Assembly (NCBI RefSeq): GCF_006345805.1
Contig: NC_043002.1
Location: 15,252,001-15,316,000 of the forward strand
DNA length: 64,000 nt
Reading direction: 5' to 3'
From: Octopus sinensis
Lineage: Eukaryota
Numbering within the stretch: the first letter of the stretch is position 1; every line of letters starts with the position of its first letter. The notes beneath the pieces were generated by a model. It had not been told where the DNA came from, searched no databases, and saw only the letters and a list, made by a program, of their open reading frames with translations. A program made the translations under genes and the position numbers. Positions 43,267-57,428 of this stretch are shown in pieces.

Positions 43267-43448
43267 GTAGGTCCCGGGTTGAGTCGGGGTTAACCACAGT
43301 AAATAAGCTACTCAATACATAGCAGAGTAAATTTATTATATAAGGAGCTTCTCTACATGACTAGAACTGTTTCATTCAAAAGAAATCATCAGGAGCTTCC
43401 TGATGATTTCTTTTGAATGAAACAGTTCTAGTCCTGTAGAAGCTCCTT
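43266..43448. mobile_element. Short Penelope-type/retrozyme-like element with an inverted terminal duplication
   Basis: Unique ~75 bp followed by a fold-back palindrome, flanked by (TA)n on both sides; each arm carries a hammerhead core. Confidence 0.6.
43392..43446 (+). ncRNA. Type I hammerhead ribozyme fold
   Basis: Stem I GGAGCTTC/GAAGCTCC (8 bp), core CTGATGA, stem II TTC-TTTT-GAA (U.U at 10.1-11.1), GAAA, stem III ACAG/CTGT with 8-nt loop, cleavage triplet GTA at 43436-43438. Confidence 0.72.
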
Positions 43449-43492
43449 CTATATAATATATATATATATGTATATATATATATATGTATATA

Positions 43493-43582
<90 letters not shown>

Positions 43583-43929
43583 TAAGTAAGTATAAGTTCC
43601 AGGGATGGAGGTGTAGGAAGAAATTCAACTTCGAGCAATCCGTAGTTTAATATGTGTGCGTGTGTGAGTGTTTGTGGGAATTTATGTATACAGGAAACAG
43701 CTTCTGTGTGAAATAAAGATTAATAGCGGTGAGAGAGATTTGATACGTCTCTGTAGTTGTTTCTGTATGCTTCTCCGACGGAAATATATGCCCAATAGAG
43801 AGTGTTTTAATGTGGCAGGTTAACAAAGAACATTTTGTATATCAGTCTGCATGATCATGTTAGATATAAAAGTGTTGAAGCATTAAATTATGAATATAAA
43901 TCAATTTTGTTTGTAATTGGAAAATATTT

Positions 43930-44098
43930 TATCCCCTTCTTTATTTTCTCACTTTGTCTCTTTCTGTGATCCTTTCTGTGGAAGAGTGTAGGTTCGAAAC
44001 GCTAAAGGATTTTTCAATTCAAGTGCGTTATACTAACACATCTGTTTGTTGTCTCCACCACCTGTCTTCGTCTTTTGATTTTTTTGTGAATTCTCCCT
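43930..44098 (+). mobile_element. Short repeat family H (hammerhead-like, TA-flanked), copy 1
   Basis: Homologous to 57170-57323 and, in reverse complement, to 59303-59480. Confidence 0.8.
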
Positions 44099-44160
<62 letters not shown>

Positions 44161-44186
44161 GTGTGTGTGTGTGCGTGTGTGATTGT

Positions 44187-44450
44187 GGAGGCGCAATGGC
44201 CCATCGGTTAGGGGAGCGGAGTCGCGGTCGTAGGATCACGGTTTCGATTCCTAGACCGGGCGTTGTGAGTGTTTATTGAGCGAAAACACCTAAAAAAGCT
44301 CCACGAGGAGCTGTACGCTTTGACTACTCTTTCTTCTGTTGGCCTGCTCGCTTAGCCAGCGGGGTGGCGTCATCCGAAGGGTAAAACAATGCGAACACAT
44401 TGTGACCAGTGATGTGTAACAACATCTGATGGTCTGGTTGGTCACGTGAT

Positions 44451-44458
<8 letters not shown>
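44187..44458 (+). mobile_element. SINE family C head with a (CACGTGAT)n-type tail
   Basis: Head matches 7608-7710; ends GGTCACGTGATCACGTGATA before (TA)n. Confidence 0.75.
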
Positions 44459-44501
<43 letters not shown>

Positions 44502-44510
44502 AGTGGCTAT

Positions 44511-44918
44511 AGGCGCAGGAGTGGCTGTGTGGTAAGTAGCTTGCTTACCAACTACATGGTTCCAGGTTCAGTCCCACTGCGTGGCATCTTGGGCAAGTGT
44601 CTTCTGCTATAGCCTCGGGCCGGCCAAAGCCTTGTGAGTAGATTTGGTAGACGGAAAATGAAAGAAGCCTGTCGTATATATGTATATATATATATGTATA
44701 TGTGTATGTTTGTGTGTCTGTGTTTGTCCCCCTAGCATTGCTTGACAACCGATGCTGGTGTGTTTACGTCCCCGTCACTTAGCGGTTCGGCAAAAGAGAC
44801 CGATAGAATAAGTACTGGGCTTACAAAGAATAAGTTCCGGGGTTGATTTGTTCAACTAAAGGCGGTGCTCAAGCATGGCCGCAGTCAAATGACTGAAACA
44901 AGTAAAAGAGTAAAAGAG
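44511..44918 (+). mobile_element. SINE family A, full length
   Basis: A-box-like TGGCTGTGTGG, B-box-like GGTTCAGTCCC, and (GTAAAAGA)n tail. Confidence 0.92.
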
Positions 44919-44920
44919 AG

Positions 44921-45006
<86 letters not shown>

Positions 45007-45049
45007 GTGGGTGGGTGTGCGAGTGTGGGTGAGCGCGTGTATATTTACA

Positions 45050-45210
45050 GCCGTCACGGTGTGGAAAGGATTTTTTTCTCAATACGTTGATTCAAATTCA
45101 ATCCGACAGGGTCGCACCTTCGGCAGGTGATTTCCACCGTAGCCCCGGTTTGCCCAGCCCTTTTGAGAGGATTTGTTAGATGGAAATTATAAAGAAACCC
45201 ATCGTGTATC
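45050..45210 (+). mobile_element. SINE family A, old 5' half
   Basis: GCACCTTCGGCAGGTG..GTAGCCCCGG..GGATTTGTTAGATGGAAA..AAGAAACCCATCGT aligns to family A. Confidence 0.55.
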
Positions 45211-45860
45211 TCACAGAATTTATTTTACATGACATATTTGCCTAAATTCGACCTTGAAACATTTGAGTTAAAATCTCCCGAGCACTGCATATGAATGTGC
45301 CACTACGTTCTTATGAACTCCAACACGCTCCTTCTTTATGATTTTGTCAGAAATTCTTGACACTATACTTCCTTTATTTACTTACTCGCGGAGGAATACG
45401 TATCAGATAATTTCTGTCTAATAATAACCGCTATAAATGTTGGTTGTTTGAGAGCTTGGCGCTCCAGTCACAGTTTATATTGAATGGAGTGAGAGAGAGA
45501 GAGAGAGAGAGTAAAAGAGAGCTACAGAGACAGTTAAAATTAAGACGTTGCAAGCAATGAGTAAAGAGCGCGACATAAGTCCACACTTGCAAGCACACAC
45601 ACAGTAACACACACGCACACACACATACACAATCATAAATATGTTGACCCATAAGCAAAGAGGAGGTAAGTGGATAAATGAGAGAGTAGTAAGGTCTAGC
45701 TGAAAAATGGATCTGTAATATTCAATACTTATTGTAGTGGATATTTCCCCTCTGGATGCTTTCTAAGTAGGTTGTTCATGAGCAGTATATTTTTTTCCTT
45801 TATTTGTTAGGGTCTTTGCTAACTTAATAATATATGGAAAGCAGTTCGAAGTATATATAC

Positions 45861-45911
<51 letters not shown>

Positions 45912-46967
45912 TACAATTATTACAATAAAATTAGTGCGCTAGGGAGTTACCAATGATATCACCAGTTAAAATGTAATTATACGTTTGTCGCTATAATTTA
46001 TTCGTTATTAAATTACTCCATATATGTATATGTATATGTAGGAAAAGTATATTTGCCTGTGTCGGATGACTATTCAGTCTCATAAATATTATCTCATTAT
46101 ATGGCACCATACACAAGAGTTTAAGCCTGTTTTTATTTTAATATTAATAAAATGCATTTTGGTCGAAACGCAATATTAATTTTAACGAATGGCATAAAAC
46201 ACGCTACAAGACTAAATAGATTCTCTTCTAGTATTCCAACAAATTTATAATTTTACACACAATTTTGGTTTATTTTTCATTTGTATCACTTAATTAGAAT
46301 TTTTTATTGCATTTTCAAAATGTAAGAGGAGAAAATATTTTACTGCACTGAGGCGTAGCAGAGCAATATAAGAAATATCTATCATTGAATAGTTTCAAGT
46401 GTTAATAAGGAAGGATAAAGTAATCCAACCGCGCAGGGTATGTAATATACGCTAGACGGTCTTCAAACAAATATAACTAAAAATGCTTTGGGGAAACTAA
46501 AACAAAATGATTATAAATTATTGGTAACTAGAGTCAACAAACACAGCATCATGTGATCACTGACTGCTTCACTTATCGCTGTTCAGTTTTCCTTGAATTC
46601 GAAAAGCGACATGCATAATTGTTGCATGTTTTCCAATTACTAACAAAATTGATTTATATTCATAATTCAATGCTTCATTACTTTTATATCTAACATGATC
46701 ATGCAGACTGATATACAAATTTTCCTAGTTAATCTTCCACATTAAAACATTCTCTATTGGACATTTATTTCACACAGAATATGTCTCCCTGTATACACAA
46801 ATTTCCACAGTCACTCACTCACGCACCCATACGCACATACATATTGAAATGATCAATAAACATCCTCGAATTTCCCATCTTTACATCCCTCTCCTTAATC
46901 AAACATAATATACTTACATACATAAATACATACATATATACATGTGTGTATGTGTATATATGTATGT

Positions 46968-47013
<46 letters not shown>

Positions 47014-47015
<2 letters not shown>

Positions 47016-47398
47016 GCACAGGAGTGGCTGTGTGATAAGTAGCTTGTTTACCAACCACATGGTTCCGGGTTCAGTCCCACTGCGTGGCATTTTGGGCAAG
47101 TGTCTTCTACTATACCCTCGGGCCGACCAAAGTCTTGTGAGTGGATTTGGTAGACGGAAACTGAAAGAAGCCTGTCGTATATATGTATATATATATATAT
47201 GCGTGTGTGTGTCTGTCCCCCTAGCATTGCTTGACAACCGATGGTGGTGTGTTTACGTCTCCGTAACTTAGCGGTTCGGCAAAAGAGACCGATAGAATAA
47301 GTACAGGGCTTACAAAAGAATAAGTCCCGGGGTCGAATTGTTCGATTAAAGGCGGTGCTCCTGCCTGGCCGCAGTCAAATGACTGAAACAAGGAAAAA
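47014..47398 (+). mobile_element. SINE family A, full length
   Basis: Close match to 44511-44918. Confidence 0.92.
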
Positions 47399-47664
47399 AT
47401 ATATATATATTGAATTTTTGCGTCAGCCAGTGCAACCTTGCAACACTGTAGACTTTAATCTAATGAGGATATCCTAGGCCTACCGAGGAATATAAGAACT
47501 TTGTTTCAGTTCATCGTACTTCGTTAAACGAAAAACCAACAATTCGCAACCTTCCTTCTCAATGAACCACTATTGTTCCTGAATTTCTTTTTATATACAC
47601 TGCGGATTTCTCGAAGACAAATTTCTTCCTACACGTCGATCCTTGGATCTTATACATGCTTATT

Positions 47665-47673
47665 ATATGTATA

Positions 47674-47769
<96 letters not shown>

Positions 47770-47811
47770 ATATGCATACATATATATATATACATATATA
47801 TATATACATAC

Positions 47812-47846
<35 letters not shown>

Positions 47847-47868
47847 CTATACATATATATATATGTAC

Positions 47869-47942
<74 letters not shown>

Positions 47943-48023
47943 GTATATATGCTATACATATATAGATATATATATATATATATATATGTAAGTATATATG
48001 CTATACATATATATATATGTACA

Positions 48024-48056
<33 letters not shown>

Positions 48057-48170
48057 GTATGTATATATGCTATACATATATATATATGTACATATATATA
48101 TTATATATATATAATATATATATTATATATATATATGTATGTATATATGCTATACATATATATATATATA

Positions 48171-48234
<64 letters not shown>

Positions 48235-48250
48235 AATATATACATACATA
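47665..48250. repeat. ~590-bp compound (TA)n/(TACA)n tract
   Basis: Direct reading. Confidence 0.97.
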
Positions 48251-49039
48251 TGTCTATATGAGTTAGCGGTTAAACAGCCATCTAAAGAATAATAAATATC
48301 CAATATACTACTGGGTTTATACCTACGTATTTATATCCAAGTGTATATTCTTTCATGGCAGTACCGCAAATGAATAATAGCTATAAGTGGGGGGTAAAGC
48401 GTAAATTTACCAGAATTTATAAGGCAAATAAGAAAATGGAGAGGATAAACAATAACAAATAGCAAACTGTGAACACTCATCCGGATCTATTTACTTATTA
48501 GTAACAATCATCTGTATAATTAATCAGAATAAAAAAAAACTAATATACTAGTAGATACATAGATAAAAATAAATAAATGAATAAGAATAAACGAGTGAAA
48601 AAATACTAAACTTTCAGTTGTTTCTACTTTTGTGGTGTCCAACTTGACAAAGTTTGCACATCATAACCAGTAATATTTAGGGATTGTACAAAGATTGAAC
48701 AAATATTGGACAGGGGTTTGACAGTAATTGAGACCCAAAGCTTCATCAGAGATAGAAGAAAGATTAAATAATAAAATAATAAATCGTAAGGAATAGTAAA
48801 AATAAGGAAATTCCAAGGTAATATCCACAAGTTATGGGATTACATCTTTTTGTAAAGAATGACACTTCTAGAGGAAATTTCCATAGATAATGAGAGTTAC
48901 ATCCTATTCCAATTTCCTGGGGGAAATAGCAATGGTAAGACGTTGTGGAGTGAGTGTAATGGGATGGTCCATATAACACGGTCAAACAGAGGCTTACGGT
49001 CCATATAACAGAGGCTTGCGGCTATGTAATAGAGTATTA

Positions 49040-49425
49040 TAAAAATTAATATAGTTAACTCAATGTGAATTTGTTTGGGGAATCAATACATAAGTATAAC
49101 GATGAAGGAAAAATCAATTCTTTATGCAACACTGTACGTATTGTGTATTTTGTTAATCCACTTTCAAGAGCTGATTTACGTGTTGATATTTGTGGGCTGC
49201 GATTAGACATTTCCTGCACTTTCGCCACGTTCTCCGCCACTGACCGGTATGTAGTTGGACGGCCACTTTTTCTTGTATCGTTCACAGAGCCCGTGGTCAT
49301 CAGCTTTGCACGACTACTTTTTGGTGTCTCTGGACGTTAGTTTTGCATGCTTACCTTTCCTGCATACAACATCAATTAGTTACAAAAAATTCTAATATTC
49401 AAACTCCATCACTGTTGAACCTTAG
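49040..49425 (-). mobile_element. Tc1/mariner transposase N-terminal (HTH) fragment
   Basis: KVQQ*W...KGKHAKL, then LMTTGSVNDTRKSGRPTT..ENVAKVQEM..RSPQISTRK...SGLTKYTIRTVLHKEL. Confidence 0.75.
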
Positions 49426-50587
49426 GTTCATAAGTTATCTTGAATAAAGAGATGAGGTGATTTAAAAATTGTATTGTTGAATGTAGAAAAAAAATGGGAA
49501 AATGCCACTTGAAAAAGATTCAAATGTCAACTTGATATTTGAAATTGTAGCAAACAGTGGATTAAAAGAAAAGAAAATTTGACCAATGAAAACTGTTTGT
49601 AAATGTCTAAGGCACTGATGCACATATACGTTGTTAATACTTATTTTTACGCTGAAAAAAAAAATATTGGCGAAAGAGTTTCACCACGGAGCAAAATACT
49701 CACTCTATTTCGTAACGTCTCGAGTTATGAATGCTATCTATCTAGAAATGATACAAAACTAATTTTGTGGCACTGCTGTAAATATATTCATCCATAATGC
49801 TTCAACACCCCCAAATGTATTTTATTGTAGCCATATTCGAAACCCGTATTAATACTAAGAAATTCAAGATAGTGGTTTTTCAGAATGCAAATTAGAAGAC
49901 ATATTGCGGTATTTAGATACGACACCTTAACCAGAATTCAAAATAATAGTGCCCGAATGATAGATAGCTATTTACTATTGTATTTAAGGTTTTAAACATT
50001 TTGATTGTGACTTTTCTAGTATTAGAAATAAAACTTTCGCATGACAACCACCACAAATAGTTTTGTTATAGTAAAAGTAATTAAACAATTCCCATTGTTT
50101 TTCTTGTTTTCCTATCCAACATCTGTTAAACGGAAAAAGAATCGATTGTTACCGATTGTAAAAAATCCCCATGTGGTAATTTCGTACAACAAAATTAGTG
50201 AAGAAGATGAATGAGTTCAGACCACGCAGTTGCTATAATAACTAAACTTCATTGTAAAAATGTGAAATACACTAACATGGTTACTACTCCTGAAGTTGTA
50301 ATACAAACAAAAAATTAAGTAATAAGTAAAACTTCACCTGATATTCATAGTAAAATTTAATTGATTACTTACTTTTGAAATATGTTCATTGTACTGTGAT
50401 TTTTTATTATTTCTTTTGTCTTTAGTTAGTAGGTGTTATTTATTAATTGATTCTATCTAGAGATCAAAAGAAATGGCGTTCTATTCCTTCCACACTTTGG
50501 TTTTGTGAACTGGACAGCAATGTTTTGAAACTGATCTATTTCAGTTATATTTCAGACAGTGTTTGCTGAAAGAGAAATATCGTTATT

Positions 50588-50755
50588 GCAAATATTCTGC
50601 TCAATACCACAGATTTGCTTGTCAGTTGCTTGATCTTAATCACTCAAGCATGTACCTTCGAGTCTGACAATAAGTTCATCTCTTATCAAGAGCAGGTGTA
50701 GTGGGGAAGCACCATAACCATACGTTTAGAGGAATGTATTGGGGTTTGAATAAAT
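50588..50755. mobile_element. Partial diverged copy of the 8688-9244 repeat (opposite orientation)
   Basis: GCAAATATTCTGCTCAATACCACAGATTTGCTTGTCAGTTG is the reverse complement of ~9098-9138; similarity continues to GGGGTTTGAATAA. Confidence 0.8.
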
Positions 50756-51085
50756 GCAACAAAACAAATTTTGAAGAAAATTTTAGCCAAGTTTCATACC
50801 TTCTAGGTCTAAGAAAGATAGAAAACAACGTTTCCTACCAACGGACATAAATGGTGCTACACATTGCTATGAGAACTACTACTTTGAAATAAGGCTTTAG
50901 TAGTGTTTCTGAGAAATTTGAAGAAAGTATAAATCAGTACAAACTTCTCAGAAACGTTAAAGTCATCAATATTGTATGAAACCTAAAAGATGATTTTTAC
51001 CTGATAGAAGAGCAGTGAGTCATTTAAAAATTTCCTCCCTATCTTTTAAAGAAATCTAGACTACAAAGCATAACGATATATATAT

Positions 51086-51127
<42 letters not shown>

Positions 51128-51133
51128 TATATA

Positions 51134-51169
<36 letters not shown>

Positions 51170-51265
51170 CATATATATATATATATATGCATATATATAT
51201 GTATATATAAATATATATATATATGTATATATACATATATATATATATGCATATATATATATATA

Positions 51266-51314
<49 letters not shown>

Positions 51315-52149
51315 ATGTATGTATATATGTGTGTGTATGCATGTATTTATAAATATATATATATGTAAAGTAAATATATGTCCACTGAACTATTGCTCTT
51401 GATTAAATGTTAGATTTGAGTAAACGCAAATGCTGACGCTTTCCTCGTGCTTTTGAATGTAAGAAGACTGCAACACAATTATTTTACCAGTAGAATATCT
51501 GAGAATGTTATACGATATCTTACAGGCCACAATATATGAAACGTGTATTTTTCATAATATTTTATATGGTTAGATAAAACGCAGGCACCCAGTAGATTGA
51601 ATATTTACGTGAGCGTTAACAGGTGATTTTGAATATAAGTGTTGCATATAATATTCAACCATGCACATTGAAGTTAGTGAAATTATATCGATGCATTTTG
51701 ACCGTAAATGCAGATGCAGCTTTCTCCACATAATCATGAATCTGCGAGAAATATGCCCGTATATGAATAACTGTTTGAATTTCTGAAGAAGCAAATGAAT
51801 GCTTACTGCTGTATAAAAGAATAAAGCACAAGGGGAATTTTCTTTAGTGTCAAATATGTATAGAAATATGCAATGAGGCTTACTTATCACAGAAGAATAA
51901 GAAGCTAAACCGTTAACGTTTACAGAAAAAAATTTCTTGAATTATGGTTTAAATATTTATATGATATTGTTAGCTCCACATTAAATTATATTAAAAATAA
52001 AGTATTGATGATACACAATTGTATATCAGTTGATATACTTTAGTTCAAAGGCGAAACAATAAAAGAAACGAATAGCAGTGTATCTGCATAGACGCAACGA
52101 ATTTATGGCTTAAAAATTCATGAGTTACTTTGAAAATACTTATAAATGC

Positions 52150-52672
52150 AAATATGTGACAATTTAATATGTATAAATGCATACATATATACATATATAC
52201 ATGCATGCACACATGCATTCATACATACATACATACATACATGCATACATAGATGCATACATTTATACACACATATATACACACATACAGATGCATGTAT
52301 GGATATACATGCAAATGTATATTTTATATGTACATGTGCAGAGGTCTGTAAGTATATATGTGTGTGGGCACGTGTGTATTTACACATTGAAACCAATTGT
52401 ATGTAATAAAACACATTTCTACACTCATCGTGGATTCATTCATGAGTTCACAATCACGCACGCGCAAATATTCCGCACAAACACACTCAAAATTGAGTAC
52501 CCACCAGAAAATGATGATGTTGATGATGATGCTGCTGCTGCTGATGATGATGAAGATGAAGGTGTTGATGATCACGACAACGACGATGACGACGATGACT
52601 ACAACAGCGCCAACAACAACAATAATAATAAGGAAGATGATGATGATGATGATGGTGATAATGATGATGATT

Positions 52673-52708
<36 letters not shown>

Positions 52709-52745
52709 GATGACGATGATGATGATGTTGACGATAATAATAAGA
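52150..52745. repeat. (CATA)n and (GAT/AAC)n low-complexity tracts
   Basis: Direct reading. Confidence 0.92.
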
Positions 52746-52981
52746 AAAGCCGGGTAGCTGTTTCGAGATAGTAAAAGAAAAAATTAACTATTGGTACTAC
52801 ATGGATGATCTGACGAAATAGACTTCTTAATACAAACAGTAAGCCTCTTCACCAAAGATATAGGCATGGAACTTGGCAAAGATAAGCCGAAAACATTAGT
52901 CATGAAAAAAGGACTAGTAATCCGTAATAATGGCATCTAATTACCTGATGCTCTCTCTCTCTGTCTCTCCCCCTCCCTCTC

Positions 52982-53098
<117 letters not shown>

Positions 53099-54889
53099 CC
53101 ATACGGAGAAAATAATTCGCGAAAAAATAATTTGCAAAAGGTACCATTTGACTCCGTTATTACCTAGTGTAACAATTTAAATAATAATAATAATGATAAT
53201 AACAGAATCTATATCTTAGGCGATTGCAGGTCCCCAAAAGAGCATTAAATGGCGCAAGGATTAAAATCAATCAAAAGACATACTATGTATGTCTAAGTGC
53301 TCGATATAATAATCAAAACTGAATTATTTGCCATGAAGTATTTTTCTCGTGAATTATTTGGTCAGTAGTGAAATTATTTTCACACTGGTGGCTGCCATGT
53401 CTTCGGCGCATAACGAATCACTTGTAGAACAGATTTCCACTCGACGGCTTGGGTCTCTGTATCATGGTAACACGTGCTGAGGAAGGTTATGCTATTATGC
53501 CAGTCCAGAAACCGGTGTACGTGTGTCCAAATATTTGAAAGTACAATAACGACAAATCCGTTGCATATCCCTCCCTCACTTTTCCGTACAACCGTAAAAT
53601 TTTATTTACAGATTAACTGAACACTATACGGACGAACGTCCACTCAGTTGATTATCTACTGGTGAGTCCAGAGAAACTGCAGGCTAGAATATTTCAGAAG
53701 AACTCGTTACATAATGGATTCCATGGAATATTACTTCAGATAATAATGTTCTCATGCCCGGGTTTTCTTCTGGCAGATTCTTTTTACTTTAGTCTTTGTT
53801 CACCATGACCGACTTCAGCCGAAACCCCGAAAAGATTTACAACGGCATTACCCATATCTCACTAGAAAGGCACATAATTCTTATAGTCTCGAATGGCATG
53901 CAGTGTTCAGCTTATATATTCATAGGTTTATCCTTTTCATACCCCGGGGTACATACCTCAGGTATTCGTTTTTTAAAGCTCCAACAATCTTACAAATCAT
54001 TTTATAAATATGAATAGCAATGATTCTATAATTATAATTGGGTGTAAAGCCAGCCGGAAAAAAATCGAAATTTCTTCTGCAAAAATCAAATAAAAAAAAT
54101 GAACGAAAATCAATATTAAAGAATAAAAATAAAGCATCAATTTTAATTTCATATTTCCTCAATTGCTTCTATAATTGAACTGCAATTGTTGATACGCGAT
54201 AAAATATTGCATCTGGTTTTTCATCGAATTTAATTCATTAAAATGACATTTCTGAGAAGTGGAAATAATTATTTAGAAACAGCTATTTATATTTCAAAAT
54301 TATCATGAAGATCCATAATTCTCATCTTTTATGAACTTGTCGCTGTTATTTTACTTGCAAAAATTGGTGATAATAATGAAATGTCCATACATGAATTTAA
54401 TAAAATAAAATGCTGATGGTATTACAAAATATAAAACAAATGCAGGTCAGAGATGTCATTTTGTAATTCAGACTATTTAGTCAGTCATTTCTATGCATTA
54501 CGTGAGGATTAGGTATGTTTCAATATTTAGCGGACCGGAGAATGTAAATTTGCTACGCAAATTAAAAGCAATTATGGAGAAATTTTCCAGTGTTAAATTA
54601 ATGGATGTTGTAAAATACCCAATTAGCTATACTCCTATACAATTCTCATTTGCCGATTATTTTTGGTTTTTGTATTCTATTACAATGTTAGGAGATAATA
54701 CTTATTGATAAATTGTTTGATTTGTTTGTTGCTTTAGCTTATAGTTTGATATCGCAACCAAAACTCGCTATGAAAGGAAATTGAGAATATTAAATGTAAA
54801 TTGTCAGTTATTAGTTACAAAATTAAATACAATATCTCAATCTTTAGTATTGCGTTACCCACAATACTAATATGAATCAGTTTATACTT

Positions 54890-55035
54890 AGTATGCCGGA
54901 CAAAATTTTTAACAGCATTTCGTCCGTTTTTACGTTCTGAATTCAAATTACGACGGGGTCAAATTTGCATTCCATCTTTTCCGGTTCGATAAAATAAATC
55001 AGTCGAGCAAAGAGGTAATCGATTTTACCCCTCTC
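54890..55035 (+). mobile_element. SINE family B, old copy
   Basis: GCATTTCGTCCGTTTTTACGTTCTGAATTCAAATT..GGGGTCAAATTTGC..TTCGATAAAATAA. Confidence 0.6.
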
Positions 55036-57098
55036 CAGCAATCATTCGCCTTGCTCCGAAATTTGAAAGCATTATATTGAGTCAGTTAATCGTGAACAAT
55101 CTATTCACGAACACGTGTTTGTTAATACCATATGTATGACTGAAGATTTAATTTCAAAATGCTACCTGCTAAATGCATATCAGTGGCTACATACTAGGAC
55201 CGATGTGCATTGCACTATAAACGTCCCCAGAGTTAGTTTAGGTAATGAATATAAAATAAATTTCAAATTATGCAGGATGTGTCATATTGAATGGTATATT
55301 CACTGTGAAGTAAAATTAAATTATAATGTTAGCAATAGCTGTAAGCTGCAGATACATTGTACAGGCACGAACAGCAATTATTACAGGCACGCCTTCCATC
55401 ATTATTCGTCTGTTTGTTAAGATTTTAATTCAGTTTTTTTTCTGTATTTTTTCCGGTAAGTCTATGTAAATTTTGTTTCCAGGACAATTCTTTTGTTTTC
55501 TGCATAGCAAGGAATGATAATATTTCTTCCATCGCATTTGTAACCGATCCGAGTGTAACGTAACATGTGAGGTCATTTGTAGATTATTGGGCAGACAACA
55601 AGTTCGTAGATACGTTGCAATATCAGATTACGTATCAATATGACACACTGAACATATTGTTTAGTTGAGATGCCAGAAAGTACGGGAAAATCCTTTTATA
55701 GACACATTGTGTTAAAAGTAAGCGATATACACCAGAGCTTGGTTCATCGATAGCATTCAAGAAATGAAAGAGTGAGCGGCGTGGCAAAGTCAGATGCACA
55801 TGTGACCTTCGAAACGAAATCAAATCAGTGTAAATTATATAGGAATAGATTATAACATATACTCTTGTGCGTAAACGAGCCACAGAATCAAAATCATTTT
55901 CCAACTATGCACAAAGGCCACCTTTATACTAATACCTCTCTCCAAACAAAAAATTTAATTCGTGTGTGTTGTTGAAAGGCAAGACGCTGCGACGTTTGTA
56001 CTGGAAAAAAATCCCTTCCCTCGAGGCGTTATATGAAATGCACATTATTCTTCAGAGCCAGGTGAAACGAAATCTCTCCAGAAATGTTAGATGGATCACA
56101 AACGCATTTCGTCGTTCTAGTTTATACGGCACCATTTTATACCAACACATAATTTATAAACTATTCGTATATAACTCAGATTAGCTAATTCGATTTGGCT
56201 TCGGATCTGACCAGAACACATAGCATCGAGAAGACGCACAACTGCGAACTGCGTAAAGCCTCTCGGTCACTTCTCGGTCGATTTCTTTTCATCTAGATAT
56301 AAATCATATTGAATTTTTCAACACGATACATCTATAAGGCAATTTTTCAAAGGTGAAAATTTTACCTTTTGGCGTTTTAACTATAATCATAGATTTCCTA
56401 TGTCAGCTTGTTAGAATCTTCAATATAGAAATGCTGTTATTGAATAGCTGAAATTTTATTTCGATTTATAATTCAATATATCTCATTACTGACCGGATTG
56501 AACGTAAATTACTTTAAACTGTATAAATTGTTTGCCTATAGAAAGGTAACATATACAGGATAAATACATTCGAAGGTCTGTCTGTGGGGAAATTTCAAAA
56601 GTATCGGATTTCAATCCAGTCTACACTTATGCATTTTTACAACATACTATATAAAATATTTCAGGGTTTCAAAGTTCTTTCATCTTTGAGTTTTAAGTTT
56701 ATTTTCCCCAGGCGGATGAGATGCGTTGACAAAGTATTCTTTCTCGTAAATGTCTTTAGAATTACGCCTATTTGGTTTATAAATAAAGGGGACAGTGGTT
56801 ATTTTAACATTGCTGCATACCTTCACACACTGGGTTTTCTATAACATCATGCTCTTTATTGAAATAAATCATATTCTCGTGTGTGTTCAGCTGTTATGTT
56901 TTATTCTTTTAAATAATGATATTCGCGCTGTCTCCCATGTTGAAAATACTATTTCACGTCACAATATCTTAGATATTTTGGTTTTGAAAAATAATGAAAA
57001 ATATGCTAGAAATTTTTGTAATTTGAGAAAAGTTATGGCAACAGGAATTATACAAAAATAGATGTATAAATAAGCGTACACAAAGGAAATACATTGTT

Positions 57099-57153
<55 letters not shown>

Positions 57154-57169
57154 ATATATATATTTTTTT

Positions 57170-57323
57170 TTTCTCTCTCCTTGTTTTTTCTGTATCACTT
57201 TCTGTAGAAGAGCGTAGGCTCGGAACGTGAAAGACTTTTTCTATTCCTGAGCGTTATACTAATACATATGTTTGTTTTGTACACCACCTGTCTTCGTTTT
57301 TTGTTTTTTCGTAAACTCTCCCT
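57170..57323 (+). mobile_element. Short repeat family H, copy 2
   Basis: CTTTCTGTAGAAGAGCGTAGGCTCGGAACGTGAAAG..CACCACCTGTCTTCG..CTCCCT followed by (TA)n. Confidence 0.82.
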
Positions 57324-57330
57324 ATATATA

Positions 57331-57428
<98 letters not shown>

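Noticed and set aside
40959-48292. Many YI/IY-repeat ORFs, also at 30, 36, 51-53 and 57 kb
   Set aside because: (TA)n artefacts.
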